From Guillardia theta CCMP2712 (taxonomy: Eukaryota > Protista > Cryptophyta): a stretch of 64,000 nucleotides of DNA. Numbering within the stretch: position 1 is the stretch's first letter; every line of letters begins with the position of its first letter. The notes under the pieces were generated by a model. It was not told the DNA's origin and did no database searches. It saw only the letters and a program-made list of their open reading frames with translations. Location: positions 56,482 through 120,481 of the forward strand of contig NW_005434594.1 of NCBI RefSeq assembly GCF_000315625.1, written 5' to 3'. Below, one piece after another: positions 47,545 through 58,455 of the stretch. A program made the position numbers and the translations under genes.

Positions 47545-49920
47545 ATGGAGCGCGAAGATGAAGAAACTGGGATGATCGAGAAGGAGGAGGGAGGGAAGAA
47601 GGTGAGAGAGGAGGAGGAGGTAGAGATGCTATTTACACGTTCCTTCCTCTCGTCCCTGGACACGCCCTTGTCTTGTCTATCTTCTAGCTACTTCCTGCCT
47701 TCACGTCTCGTTAGTCCAATCATACTGTTTCATGGTCCATCCCCTCCTTCTCCACGCTCTCTGTGCGCTATCGACATGTTCATGAGTGCATGCTTGGAAT
47801 AAGTCTTACTCTCAAATGGTCTTTCCCTTCTTTGCTGCTGCCTGACCTCCTCCCATACTTCGTGACTTCATGGTGGAAGGTATGGAAGGACGTAGTGATC
47901 GGGGTCCTCCTTCTCTGCACGCTGTCCCTTGGCATTTCGACGGCATTGCTGGCGGCAAAAGCAGCAAACAAAGCATCCAGTATAGGAGAATTCTTCTGTC
48001 AGATCTCAGGAACGATTCCAAGCACTCCTGCTCCTGCCCCCTCCCCTCCGGTTATCTCAACAGAGCTGAGCAAGGTGGTGGACGAAACCATGAGCGCCTG
48101 TTCCAATCAAGGGTACAAGTACACTGGAGAGACAAACTGCACATGCATGGATTGCTACACAGGCGCCCGCTGCCAAACATTTGTTGGAGCGGACAAGTGC
48201 AGCATCGACGCCAACGGAGGGAGCCCGTACATGTTTGCCGAGTACTGGGTGCGGTATCCTGAAACGGAGTTTCAAATGAAGCTATCCGAGCGTCTAGGAT
48301 ACCTCCCTGCTGGTATCAGGAGCAGGCTAGAGGAGGGCATAAGAAAGCTGCACAAGTTAGCGGGGAACGCAGTTACGGACAACATGAACATCGTCTTTGG
48401 TGACGGCTCTACCCCGCTCCTGACCTTGGTATCCACGATTCTGCAGAGCTCTACCAACAGTCTTCCTCTCAAGGTCTGGGCCCAGAAGCCTTTCTACTCG
48501 GGCTACTCATCCCTCTCTTACGCCAACCTCGTCAAGTTCGTCGGCGACGAGGAGAACAGGACGACGGCAGCAGCGGACGAGAAGGTCGTCGAGTATGTGA
48601 CCTCTCCTAACAACCCAGACGGAGAGATCAGGACGGGTGTTCTTTCCCATCCTCTCACAGTCTTCGACAAGGCCTATAGCTGGCCCATGTACACCTTCAT
48701 CGACCAGCCGTTCAATACCTCTGCTCATCCCCTCTCCCTATGGACTCTGTCCAAGGTAACTGGGCATGCTTCCTCCCGCGTTGGCTGGGCTCTCGTAGGG
48801 GACAAGAAGCTGGCGGACGCGATGCAGGCCATGGCATGCCCCATCGGCTGTCCGGTGGAAAGTCAGTTGGTAGCGATCAGGGCGATCGAGCATGTGCTGA
48901 GCACACAAGGGGAGCTGATGAAGTGGGGGAGGGCAAAGTTCACTGAGAGGTGGGGGAGGATAGGCGAAGTGTTCAGGAATGTCTCCTGCTACAAGGTCAG
49001 GAACCCTCGCGCCGAAGGATACGATCGATATGATCAGAAAGGTTGGAAGATAGCATCTAAGACCAGCCTGCCTCCTCCTTCCTGCTTTCCTCCTGTCCCA
49101 TCCTCCCCTGCATCCTTCGCTGCTTCTCCTTGCTTCTCCTTCTCTTCCCCATGCGCTTGCTCATTGTCTTGCACGTGCTTCTTTCATGCCTCGCAGCAAC
49201 TTCTTTCCCCTTTTCAATTTTTCTGCTCCTCTTCCACCTCCCATCTGCCTCGCTGCTCCTCCCGCTGCTCCTCCCGCTGCTCCTCCTCCTGCTCTCCCTC
49301 TCCCTCTTCTGTCCTTCACTGTTGGATAGTTCTGATCTTCTGCTAGTGTACAAACAGACGCCTCCCTACCTATGGATGGAATGTCTCAACCTCCCTGATC
49401 AGAAGAGGTTGGCTCGCAAGCTTTCTGACCCCCGAGTTCCCTTGCCCTTGTCCTCATCTCATGCGTCTCTTTCCCTCGTATCCTACTTCCCATTTGCGGT
49501 TCTGCTCTCCTCCCTTCCTCTCCTCTCCTCTCTCCCCTTCCTCTCCTCTCCTCCCCTCTCCCCCCCCCCCTCTTCTCTCCCCTCCCTGTCCTCTGCCCTC
49601 CTTTCTCTGCCCTTCCTCCCTCCCCTCCCCTCCCCATCGCATCCATTGTTGATCGAATTCGCAGCTGCGGGGATATGCTGAGATCGTATGGCATGAAATG
49701 CCGAGATGGCGAGTATTTCGGCATGCCAAAGAGTTTTGCTCGCCTGTCCCTCTACGTCGCATCCCCTGTCTTCAATGTCCTCATACAGAAATTGACCAAC
49801 ATGTTTGCCAACACATGCTGATAGCTTCAGGTGATACCTGCTGACACCTGTTTGTGTTGGTAGACATCTTGACCTCAGTTTGTTCACAGCATCGAGACAT
49901 CGCCAGGCAGTCAATTGAAT
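47545..49920 (+). CDS. Alliinase / tryptophan-aminotransferase-related (TAA1/TAR family) PLP enzyme with N-terminal TM anchor and EGF-like domain
   Basis: TM VVIGVLLLCTLSLGISTALLA; CSNQG...CTCMDCYTGARC; GGSPYMFAEYW; IRKLHKLAGNA...IVFGDGST; PFYSGY; EYVTSPNNPDG; DKAYSWPMYT; TLSKVTGHASSRVGWAL (PLP lysine); PYLWMEC. 3' end approximate. Confidence 0.9.
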
Positions 49921-50669
49921 TCACTTGTACCATTCAACAATCATCTTTCAAGTAAACATATCAAGCTCCCATGTCTTGAACGTGCCCTGCCCATTGCACT
50001 TCTCAGTCTTCCTCTTGACTTTCCGCTGATTCTTCAGCATTTGCGTTCACTTGCACCACCGACGATCTTGAGGTTGAAAACTTCAGTCGCACACGCACAA
50101 GACCCCATTGCATCTCAATACCTCCTCACTTCCTTCTCCTCCTTCTTTCCTCCCGCATGTTTCAATCTCGCCTGCAAACGATCAGCAGTTAATACCTTGC
50201 GTCTTCACTCCAAGTCATCCTGACGCTGGGCATCTTTATCTTCATCTCCTTTCATCTCTTTCGCTTTTTCTTCTCCACATTCTCCTTTCCTCCTCTCATC
50301 TCATAATTTCTTCATCTCATCCTCCTACCAACCATCTCCTACCCCATTCCTGGATTCCTCATTGCCTCAACACTAACTTTCACTGATTTCTTTCTCCTCA
50401 CCTCAGTCTCCATATCTCGTGCAACCTGCGCATCATCAGCATACGGATAAAGCAGCAGTAGTCCTCACCTTTCTGGCAATATCTTGCCTTGAAGCTCCTG
50501 GACAACATCGTCACATCGTCAGGTAGGAGGAAGAAGACGAGAACGATGAGAGTGAGATGAGAGTTGCTGCTGCTGCTACTGCTGTTGTTGTTGGTGTTGT
50601 TGTTGTTGGTAGTGGTGATGCTGCTGCTGCTGATGATGATGATGACGACGACGACGACGACGATGCTAC

Positions 50670-50732
<63 letters not shown>

Positions 50733-50779
50733 CCGTAGACATTGGATGGATATCATGACAATAATAAAAATCATCGCAG

Positions 50780-51100
50780 AAGTCGGAGACAACAGGCAAC
50801 GTGAAAGGGCACAACACATGAAGCAGGAGCGAGCGGAATGTGGTTACCTCTTGGGGAGGACAGCAGAAGGGGACAGTCAAAGTTCGGCGGCTGGACGACA
50901 AGCGTCAGCGACTGTCTCAGCCGACCATCTCAAGCGCACCTTGTAGTCGTACCATATAACATCCCAACTTTCATGGTCTGGTTCGAGCTTGGGGTCGGGC
51001 AGGGGCTGACAGAGTCGTAAGAAGCAAGAGGGGCGAATAGAACATTCCAAACAGGAGGTGGAAAAAGGAGGAGGAGGAGGAAGAGGAGGAGGAAGAGGAG

Positions 51101-51132
<32 letters not shown>

Positions 51133-52952
51133 GGAGGAGGAGGAGGAGAAGAAGAAGGGCAGACGAGGAAGGAGAGNNNNNNNNNNNNNNNNNNNNNNNN
51201 NNNNNNNNNNNNNNNNNNNNNNNNNNNNNNNNNNNNNNNNNNNNNNNNNNNNNNNNNNNNNNNNNNNNNNNNNNNNGAGATTGTTAGAGACGTCATCGAC
51301 GACTTTCATCTCCGTACGTCCACATGGAAAGCCAGCTGCAGACTAGTGTCATCACATCGCGCATCCTGATGACGGTGGTCCTACGGCGAGGTGCAGGATC
51401 AGACGTATCGGATGTCGTCCGGGGAGAGGGAGGTCTTGTTGTGTGAGTGAGCGCTCTCTGCGAGGACGCCGGCAAGCTTCTCTTTCTCGATCATGCGGGA
51501 ACGTCAGCTAGCATCTGGTTGTCAAACTCTAGCCCATGGCACGTGCGCAGAATCATGAGATGGTGAGTAGTTTATTAGTTCGCGCCCGCCGCCGGACGAT
51601 GCCCTCGCTGAGCTCCGAGCCCCCGTCCGCTGGCTTGAAGTAACGGTGAAGCTCCCTGAGTTCCGGGGGACGGTGGCACCGTAGGGTCGGACGGTCCCCG
51701 CGAGTGCCCGGCAAGTAGTGGTGGTGGAGGAGGAGGAGGAGGAGGAGGAGGAGGAGGAAGAAGAAGGGGCAGACAGGAAGGAGAGAAAACGAGACCTCAG
51801 ACTTGGACGTCCTGCCCCCTTCGAAGCCAGCCTGTCAACTGGTAACTACTCGGAGAGAAACAAGAGGGAGGAGGGAGTGGCGGAGATGGAGAAAGGGGAC
51901 GAGGAGAAGCAGAAGGAATGGAAAGAGAGAGAAAAGGGAGGATTGAAAGATGGCGGAGGAAGTGGAGGAAGATGAGGGGACGAGAGAAGGAGGGAGGGAA
52001 GGTCAGAAAAGAAGGACAAAGGGAGGGGAGGGAAGGGGAGAGGGGTAGGGAGGAGGGGAGGGGAGGGAGGGAAGAAAGGAAGACAGAAAAGCTTACATCG
52101 CCCAGAGACATTCCAAGATCCATGAGGACGTTGCTGGGACTTACCTGGAAAGGTCATGAGAGGAGACTAGAAGGACTTTGGACGCACAGAATCTTTGTAG
52201 AGGATGATGTCTTGAATGCTTCCCCCGTGTCGAGCCTTGATCTGAACACTTTGAGCAAGTTTGAAGAGAAGGCTGAAGGAGAGCAAAGAGACAGATAGGA
52301 GAGGAGAGGAAGAGAGAGACAGAGAGACTAGCCAAGAGGGACACGAGTATAAATAGGAAGAGAGGGAGGGGGAGGGAGAGGGAGGGGGAGGAAGGGAGCT
52401 GGAGGTAGAATCTGGGAGAATGCGCAATCACCTTGTCCACGATGGTATAAAGTCTCGTCTGAGTGCTGATCTTGACTTGAATGTCAAGGAAGCTCCATAC
52501 GACGAAGCGAATCTTTGAGCAGAAAAAGTAAGAATGAAACGATGGTGGAGATGGAGAAGGAGAAGGAGAAGGAGAAGGAGGAGTTGTAGATGGACATAGA
52601 GATAGAGATAGAGATGATCGCTATGATAGTGACGCAGAAAATGACGATGTCATTGGTGATGATTTTGGTGAGAACGACAGCAGTGTGAAGGAGAATGATT
52701 CAGAGAAGGAGATGGAATGATGCAACCTGCAGGTTCAACCATTTCTCGGCTTTGAAATCTACTTCCTGCAAGGATTCAAACGCAAAAGAAACATCAAAAT
52801 CTTCAAAAAGACCAGAGATTGAATGACTCTCGCAAAACCGACACAAACATATTCTCATCTTCCCCCTTCCAGCTCACCGGGAAGTCTTCTTCTTCTTCTG
52901 GGGCAGCATCAGCACTACTCTTGTCTTTGCTCTTCTTGCTCTTCTTTGGCAT
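50780..52952 (-). CDS. Small multi-exon protein with a ubiquitin-like (beta-grasp-like) pattern; not visible as one ORF in the ORF track
   Basis: Hand-spliced: MPKKSKSKDKSSADAAPEEEEDFP|EVDFKAEKWLNLQ|IRFVVWSFLDIQVKISTQTRLYTIVDK|IKARHGGSIQDIILYKDS|VSPSNVLMDLGMSLGD|AGFEGGRTSKSE|..PDPKLEPDHESWDVIWYDYK|PPNFDCPLLLSSPR, using GT-AG junctions. Confidence 0.65.
51177..51276. other. Assembly gap (100 N)
   Basis: Run of N. Confidence 1.
51277..51715 (-). pseudogene. Degenerate inverted copy of the LLPH-like promoter + exon 1 (~44900-45330); pseudogenic fragment or misplaced low-quality read
   Basis: Reverse complement contains gttacttcaagccag..gggggctcggagc..ggcatcgtccggcggcgg..gaactaataaac..gcgcacgtgccatgggc, collinear with 44953-45064. 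Codon 3 is TAG instead of AAG. Confidence 0.8.
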
Positions 52953-53852
52953 GTTTGAGTTTTCCTTTTTCTATCGTTTCAAACTCCTCTCCAGCTTGCG
53001 TCTTGACCTTCAACCATAGAACAAGCGTGCCAAGTCGATGGCGAACTTAACTCATCGCAATCCTGAAAGTTCATCATGAAAACATCAGAGTCACTTACAA
53101 CTCCTCCTCCCCATCTCTTGAATACGTCAACCATCTTTCTTAGTCTCTTCCACCTGCTGTCTTGTCCTCCTTCTCATTCGGCTTCTTGTCCTCCTCGTCC
53201 GCCCGTTCCCATCTCAAATCTCTTCATCTCAAACACTTTTTCCCACATACTGCTCCTCGTTTCTTCCCTCCTCCTCCTCCTCCTCCTCCTCTTTTTCTTC
53301 TTCTTCCTCTTCCTCCTCCTCATCTTCCTCCTCCTCTTTTTCTTCCTCCTCATCCTCCTCCTCCTCCTCCTCCTCCTCCTCCTCCTTCTCCTCCTCCTTC
53401 CCCTCGCTTTTCTTGAAGTACTCTCCATGGCGGTTGTGCCAAACTTCGAAACTTCATTTTTTGAATTCTGCATCCAAAGTTGGAACTTGCAAAGTTCAAT
53501 TAGTAGATATCAGTGTTGGCGTCACTCAAGTTGAGAGTCACGGCCCGGCCCGGCCTCCAGGAATCCGATACGGTTGGCCCTTCTTTCAGGCTTTACTCAA
53601 AGTCCTTCAGTGTGTTTCCCGGAGTCCCGGGCCGAGCCTGAGTGACTGTCACACTGGCAGTTACTGAGAATTGACCGTCCCGCGGGGTCCGGGCTGCATG
53701 TACGGAGTTTATAAACTTTGAAAGAGGTGACTAAGTTAGTAAGGACTGAGAGGAAACTTTGAACTCGGGAACGGATAGATTACAACTACAAAAAGCAACG
53801 CGTCAAGCATTTCCGGGTCACGAGCCTTGACGCGGCCAGCTGGCCGTTAAGG

Positions 53853-56800
53853 TCAGATCATATTGGGCGCGTTTGCCCTCTTGATCTTGTACAGTTTGTG
53901 CATCTGCCGCCAACATGGTCACGTCTCGCTGACTCACGTGAGAACATGGCAACTCGGTTTCTCACCTTGAGCTTCAGCTGGTGCAGGGCGTTGTCATGGA
54001 TCTGAATCTCGCCGATGATGGAGAGTCCTCCGGGGATGGAGAAGTGAACGGCAAGCGACACGTCCCTGTACCCATCCGACACCATCGACTCCGGCAGCGA
54101 GAACTTGTTCTTCACCCGGCAGACGCCCAGCCCCGTCACGCTCTCCTCCTCCACGAACCACCTAAGCACCTGCAGCACGTGGCTGGGGCCCGAGCACACG
54201 ATGGAGACGCGGACGGGGTCGAGGATGTTGGCAGAGTACGGCCAGCGGCCTCGAGGATGAGGAGGCATATACTTTCTGAGCTTCTCCTGCATCCTGGTCT
54301 CCGACTTGACCGCAGCCGTGTGCAGCTCCACAGTCCCCACGCCCTCCTCGAAGGAGCAGTCGAAGGAGCAGACGACGGAGCTCTCAGAGCCATCGTGCGT
54401 GTCTCTCTTGGCAGCTTCGGGCGACACCTTGCTGCTGAGGATCTCGATGATCCTGGACCTGAAGTCATGGTTGAGGAGGGCAGCCCTGCGCGCGAGCTGC
54501 GCCACAAAGACGTTCTCCTGGGGCAGAGGGCAGAAGGAGAAGAGGGTGCTGTCCTTCTCGTGCTTGTCCTCAGCAGCGTCGATGGCCGTGTGACGGATCG
54601 CTTGCACCTGCACGTCTCAGTCAGTCAGCAGCAGCAAGAGACGAGCATGCAAGACGAGGAGGTTGTGGAGGAGGACCAGCAGCACATGGAGGAGCAGGTC
54701 AGGTGTGGGGGGGAATGTGGGGAGGAGGGCAGGGGAGGAGTCACCGTCTCGTGGTCTTGTCGATCAGGACGGGAGTGACGGGGCTCAGGAGCAGACTTGG
54801 CGTAGATGGGATAGTCTCTGCCACTACAGTCAGACCTCCCTGGTAAGCAAGGCCAGAGCAAGCTAGACCCTTTCTCTCGGATCATATCGACTGAAGTACT
54901 GCTGGCGTGATGGGCGTTTGATTCCCAGCGCCAAGCGATGAGCTCCTCTCCCCTCCTCTCCTTGGCGATCTCCAGCAGCCTCGCGTCGCAGAGAGGAACG
55001 ATCTGATTCATCAGCGTCTGAGACAGCGCCTTCACCTCATTGAACAGCGAGCATGAGTCCTCCTTCAGGACCCTCAGCTTGCATATTCTCTTCTGGAAAT
55101 ACTCGAAGCGAAGGTCCTGGTGGTACACGTTGATCGGAATGTGTCCGTTGATCTCTGAAGCGACGGTGAAGCTTACGTTCGAGCCTGTCTTCTTCCTCGC
55201 AACGGGCTGCGGGTTCATCATGAGACTGTAATCCTGGTCTGGCTCCAGCAGCGGCTGTATGACATCCTTGACCAGCCACTCCCGCAGCTTCTGGTAGGGC
55301 AACTTCTTCATCTCCTCTGGCATCGCAAAGTTGACGCTGAAGGTGTCGAGGCTCTCGAAGCTCTGCAGGCTGACGCAGAAAGCGTCGAAGTAGTGGCCGT
55401 CAAAGTCTTCCCACAGAGCCAACTTGGCTGCTGCCTCCATGTGCACCCGTTGGATGATCACCACCGAGTCCAGCTTGGCTGACCGAGGGAGTTTCTCCTG
55501 GCTCAGGTAGAACCCGTTGGATCTCGTGATACACAGAGTCTCCCGCAGCTCGGCAATCTTCTTCGTCAGCCGCTTGTTCCCCGCGTCATCCCGCGACCTC
55601 AGCCACAAGGCGTAGACCAGCAGGCATGAGCAGATGCACAAGACACTCACACACGGCACGATGATGGCGACGTACAGATACGTCGACCCGCTGTAAACAT
55701 GACATCACCGTCATCACCGACAGCTCCTCGAAAAGGCTGCAAGCAATCACCTCGTTACAGTGTCAGGTGGCGGGTCGAGGGAGATTCGTCCTCCAGGCCA
55801 ATAGATGGAGTCAGCCGTGCCCTTGGTGTAGCCTGTCACAGCAGCCCGTCACTTGCGCGTCATCCCCTCCAGCTATCCCCCTCACCCGTAGTGTTCTCCC
55901 AGACTCCGATCTCCACGAAGCTCAAAGTCGTCTTGTTCCAGTCCAGGTTGCTCGCTGTCAGGGTCGCTGGCTGAACGTTCTGGAGCACGGCATGCACTCC
56001 CTTGGCCGACCTGTCGCCCGTGCTCAAGTCAAAGTCTACATCTCCAGATGCCCCGTAGAAGTCTGCGAGCCGGATCTGAGTGTTGAGGTCCGACATGTCA
56101 GGCTTCATGTTTGCCAGCCCGATGGCGATGGCCCACACGGCGTCGTACCCTAACGCGTCGTACTGGGTGCATGGCTGCTTGTAAACCTTGGCAGACATGT
56201 TGACGGTCGGGTAGTAGTACGTCCGAGGGTCTACTTTCGAGTAGTAGTTGAAGCAGCTTGACGCCAGGTCTCCGTAGATCATGTCAAGAACAACACTCAA
56301 CCAACCAGCGTAGAAGCGCCTCAGCTTGCCCAGGTCTCCTGTCATGCTCTGAATGTCGGCTTCAGGGTTGTTCTGATCTGCCGTGAGCCAAGCGTACCCA
56401 TCCACTCCTGTGATGCCTTCTTCTGCTGCTGCTGTCAGAATGTTCTGCAGGTTCACCGACCCCAGCGCGATGTAGACGAAGATTCTAGCCCCTGACTCCT
56501 TGAGCGTCTTGACGGCAGCTCGCAGCGACACGGAGTCTTGATCTGTGAACTTCTGGTTTGCTATGATGCTGATGCCCTTGAGGCTGGTGTACTGAAAGAA
56601 GTCTGAGATGAAAGGGTTTCCGTAGGCGTTGTCCACATACAGCACGCCGCAGGTCCGCCAGTTGAAGTGAACCATCAGGTTCACCATCGCCAAGGCGTTG
56701 ATGGCAGCCGTCGGGCAGGTGCGAGAGAAGAGAGGAAACCTGATCTTGTCGCTCAGCGTGGTCGAAGTGGCTCCGAAGCTCAGCGTGGGAGTGTTGGCCA

Positions 56801-57322
56801 GCCCAGCCAGCACCGCGATCGTCTGCGACCCTTCGCTTCGCATCGGGCCGATAATGGCGGCTGTCTTCTCACTCGGAGCTGCTTCATACTTCTGCAGCAC
56901 CATGCTCGACGTGCTTGCGTTGTTCACACTGCACGAGCTCAGCGTGTACCCGGAATACCCCTCCTCGCTCCGCCAGCGCAGCAGGTCCTGAACGGCACCC
57001 TAGCAGGAGAGGTCAGGCATCAAGACATGGGTCGCACTGCAAGGAGAGAGAGTCTCACAGGCGTTGTGAAGTGGGTGTCGGCAAACTTGTAGTGCAGCTT
57101 GAAGTTGGCAGGCAGCAAGCTCTTGGCGTTCTTGACGATTGCATCATTGCGCTCGTTCACATGGTGGACCGCCATGATCAAGGCCGTGGCTGCTCGCTGG
57201 AAGTTGGAGGGGACGAAGCCGCCCCATCCTGTAGGGACGACAGGAGACATCATGCCTATCACAAACGTTCCTTCTGCCGCGAGCCCAGTCCTCACCGTCA
57301 GCAACAAGCACAGGGATAGCAT
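53853..57322 (-). CDS. Single-pass receptor: signal peptide + ANF_receptor/Venus-flytrap ectodomain + TM + unassigned cytoplasmic domain + RelA/SpoT-like nucleotidyltransferase domain (~1030 aa, 6 exons)
   Basis: MLSLCLLLTVRTGLAA; AIIGPMRSEGS...PTLSFGATSTTLSDKIRFPLFSRTCP...HFNWRTCGVLYVDNAYG...GYDAVWAIAIGL...FYGASGDVDFD...GDR...IYWPGG..PPD; TM YLYVAIIVPCVSVLCICSCLLVYALWL; VKSETRMQEK, ILDPVRVSIV, RVKNKF, DGYRDV, GEIQIH, MHKLYK. Introns ~57000-57058, ~55834-55885, ~55692-55750, 54608-54744 and 53904-53965 all keep frame. Confidence 0.85.
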
Positions 57323-58455
57323 GGCGATGCCTTGGATGCTCATATTGATTGAAAACATTATACTGCTCCCGCAACAGCACGAGTTGTTATCTTTCATTCT
57401 TCCTTTTCAAACACAATGCATTCAATTCAAAAAGAAGGTTTTGAACTCGATCTCATGAATTGTTTTCCTATGAATAACACGAACGCCGTTCAATTATTTC
57501 CAGGCCATTTGAATGCATGCATCCTGCGCACGATTCCACTTTTTCCACCCTCACAAACCTCGTGGCATATCCTTCAATCTCAAGATGAACATGTATTTGT
57601 AGATCAAACTCTTGTCTTCTTCTGTCCTGCCTTACCTCCCCTTCAACGCCATGTTCTCATCTTCTCACAACCCTGTTCGCATGGGTTGTGGCGCTCTCGA
57701 GGTTTCTATGACCCTACCCATGATAAACCCCCTGCAAAACTACCCCACCTCTCACAGCAGCATTGGTTACTTTCTTAAGTTCTACCACCCTTTTTCCATC
57801 AAAGTACCCCACCATATCACATACCTTTCACTGCCGATACTACCGACCCCTTCAAAATGAACTCACAACAATGCACCCACCCTATACCAAAAATTCCCGA
57901 AACGAGGGGTTTTGTTGGTCAGTTTTCCTGTCCAAGTGGGGGGTAGTTTGTCTTTGCCTCTTTTTTCAAAAATATGTTTTATAGCACCCCCACCTAGTCA
58001 AATCATATTGTTTCTGGGGGTCCTTGTCAGAGGATGTATGGTTGTTTTGAAAACTACTAGTTTCGGAACAATTCGCACTTTGTAGTAAAGATCTCATGGT
58101 AATCCCGGAGCGGGCCCGCAGTGATCCCCCACGCCGCCTCCGGGTCCGAGTCACTGCTGCGCCGCCGCCAGGCAATGCGAACGCCGGAGAGTCTGGCTGT
58201 AGGTCCAGCTGCACACATCCGAATGCCACGCTTAAATTCCTCGAGCTGATTTAATGTTGAAACTCAATAATTGAACTTACGATCGAATTCTGCCAACCAC
58301 TGCCCACCCTCTTCGGTAAGTCAAAGGCCGGAATAGCCGATCCGGGAGCTTGGAACAGGAGCTGGCAAGTGCTGAGAGGCAAGAATGCTCAAGGCGAGAA
58401 TGCTCAAGTTGCGCGTCAACAGCGTCCCTGCCACCCACCATTCGGTTCCTTCTGC

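Noticed and set aside
55860-57322. Annotating the receptor as a class C GPCR, glutamate receptor or guanylyl cyclase
   Set aside because: Only one TM follows the ectodomain; there is no 7TM, pore loop, kinase-homology or cyclase motif, and the C-terminal motifs are RelA/SpoT-like.
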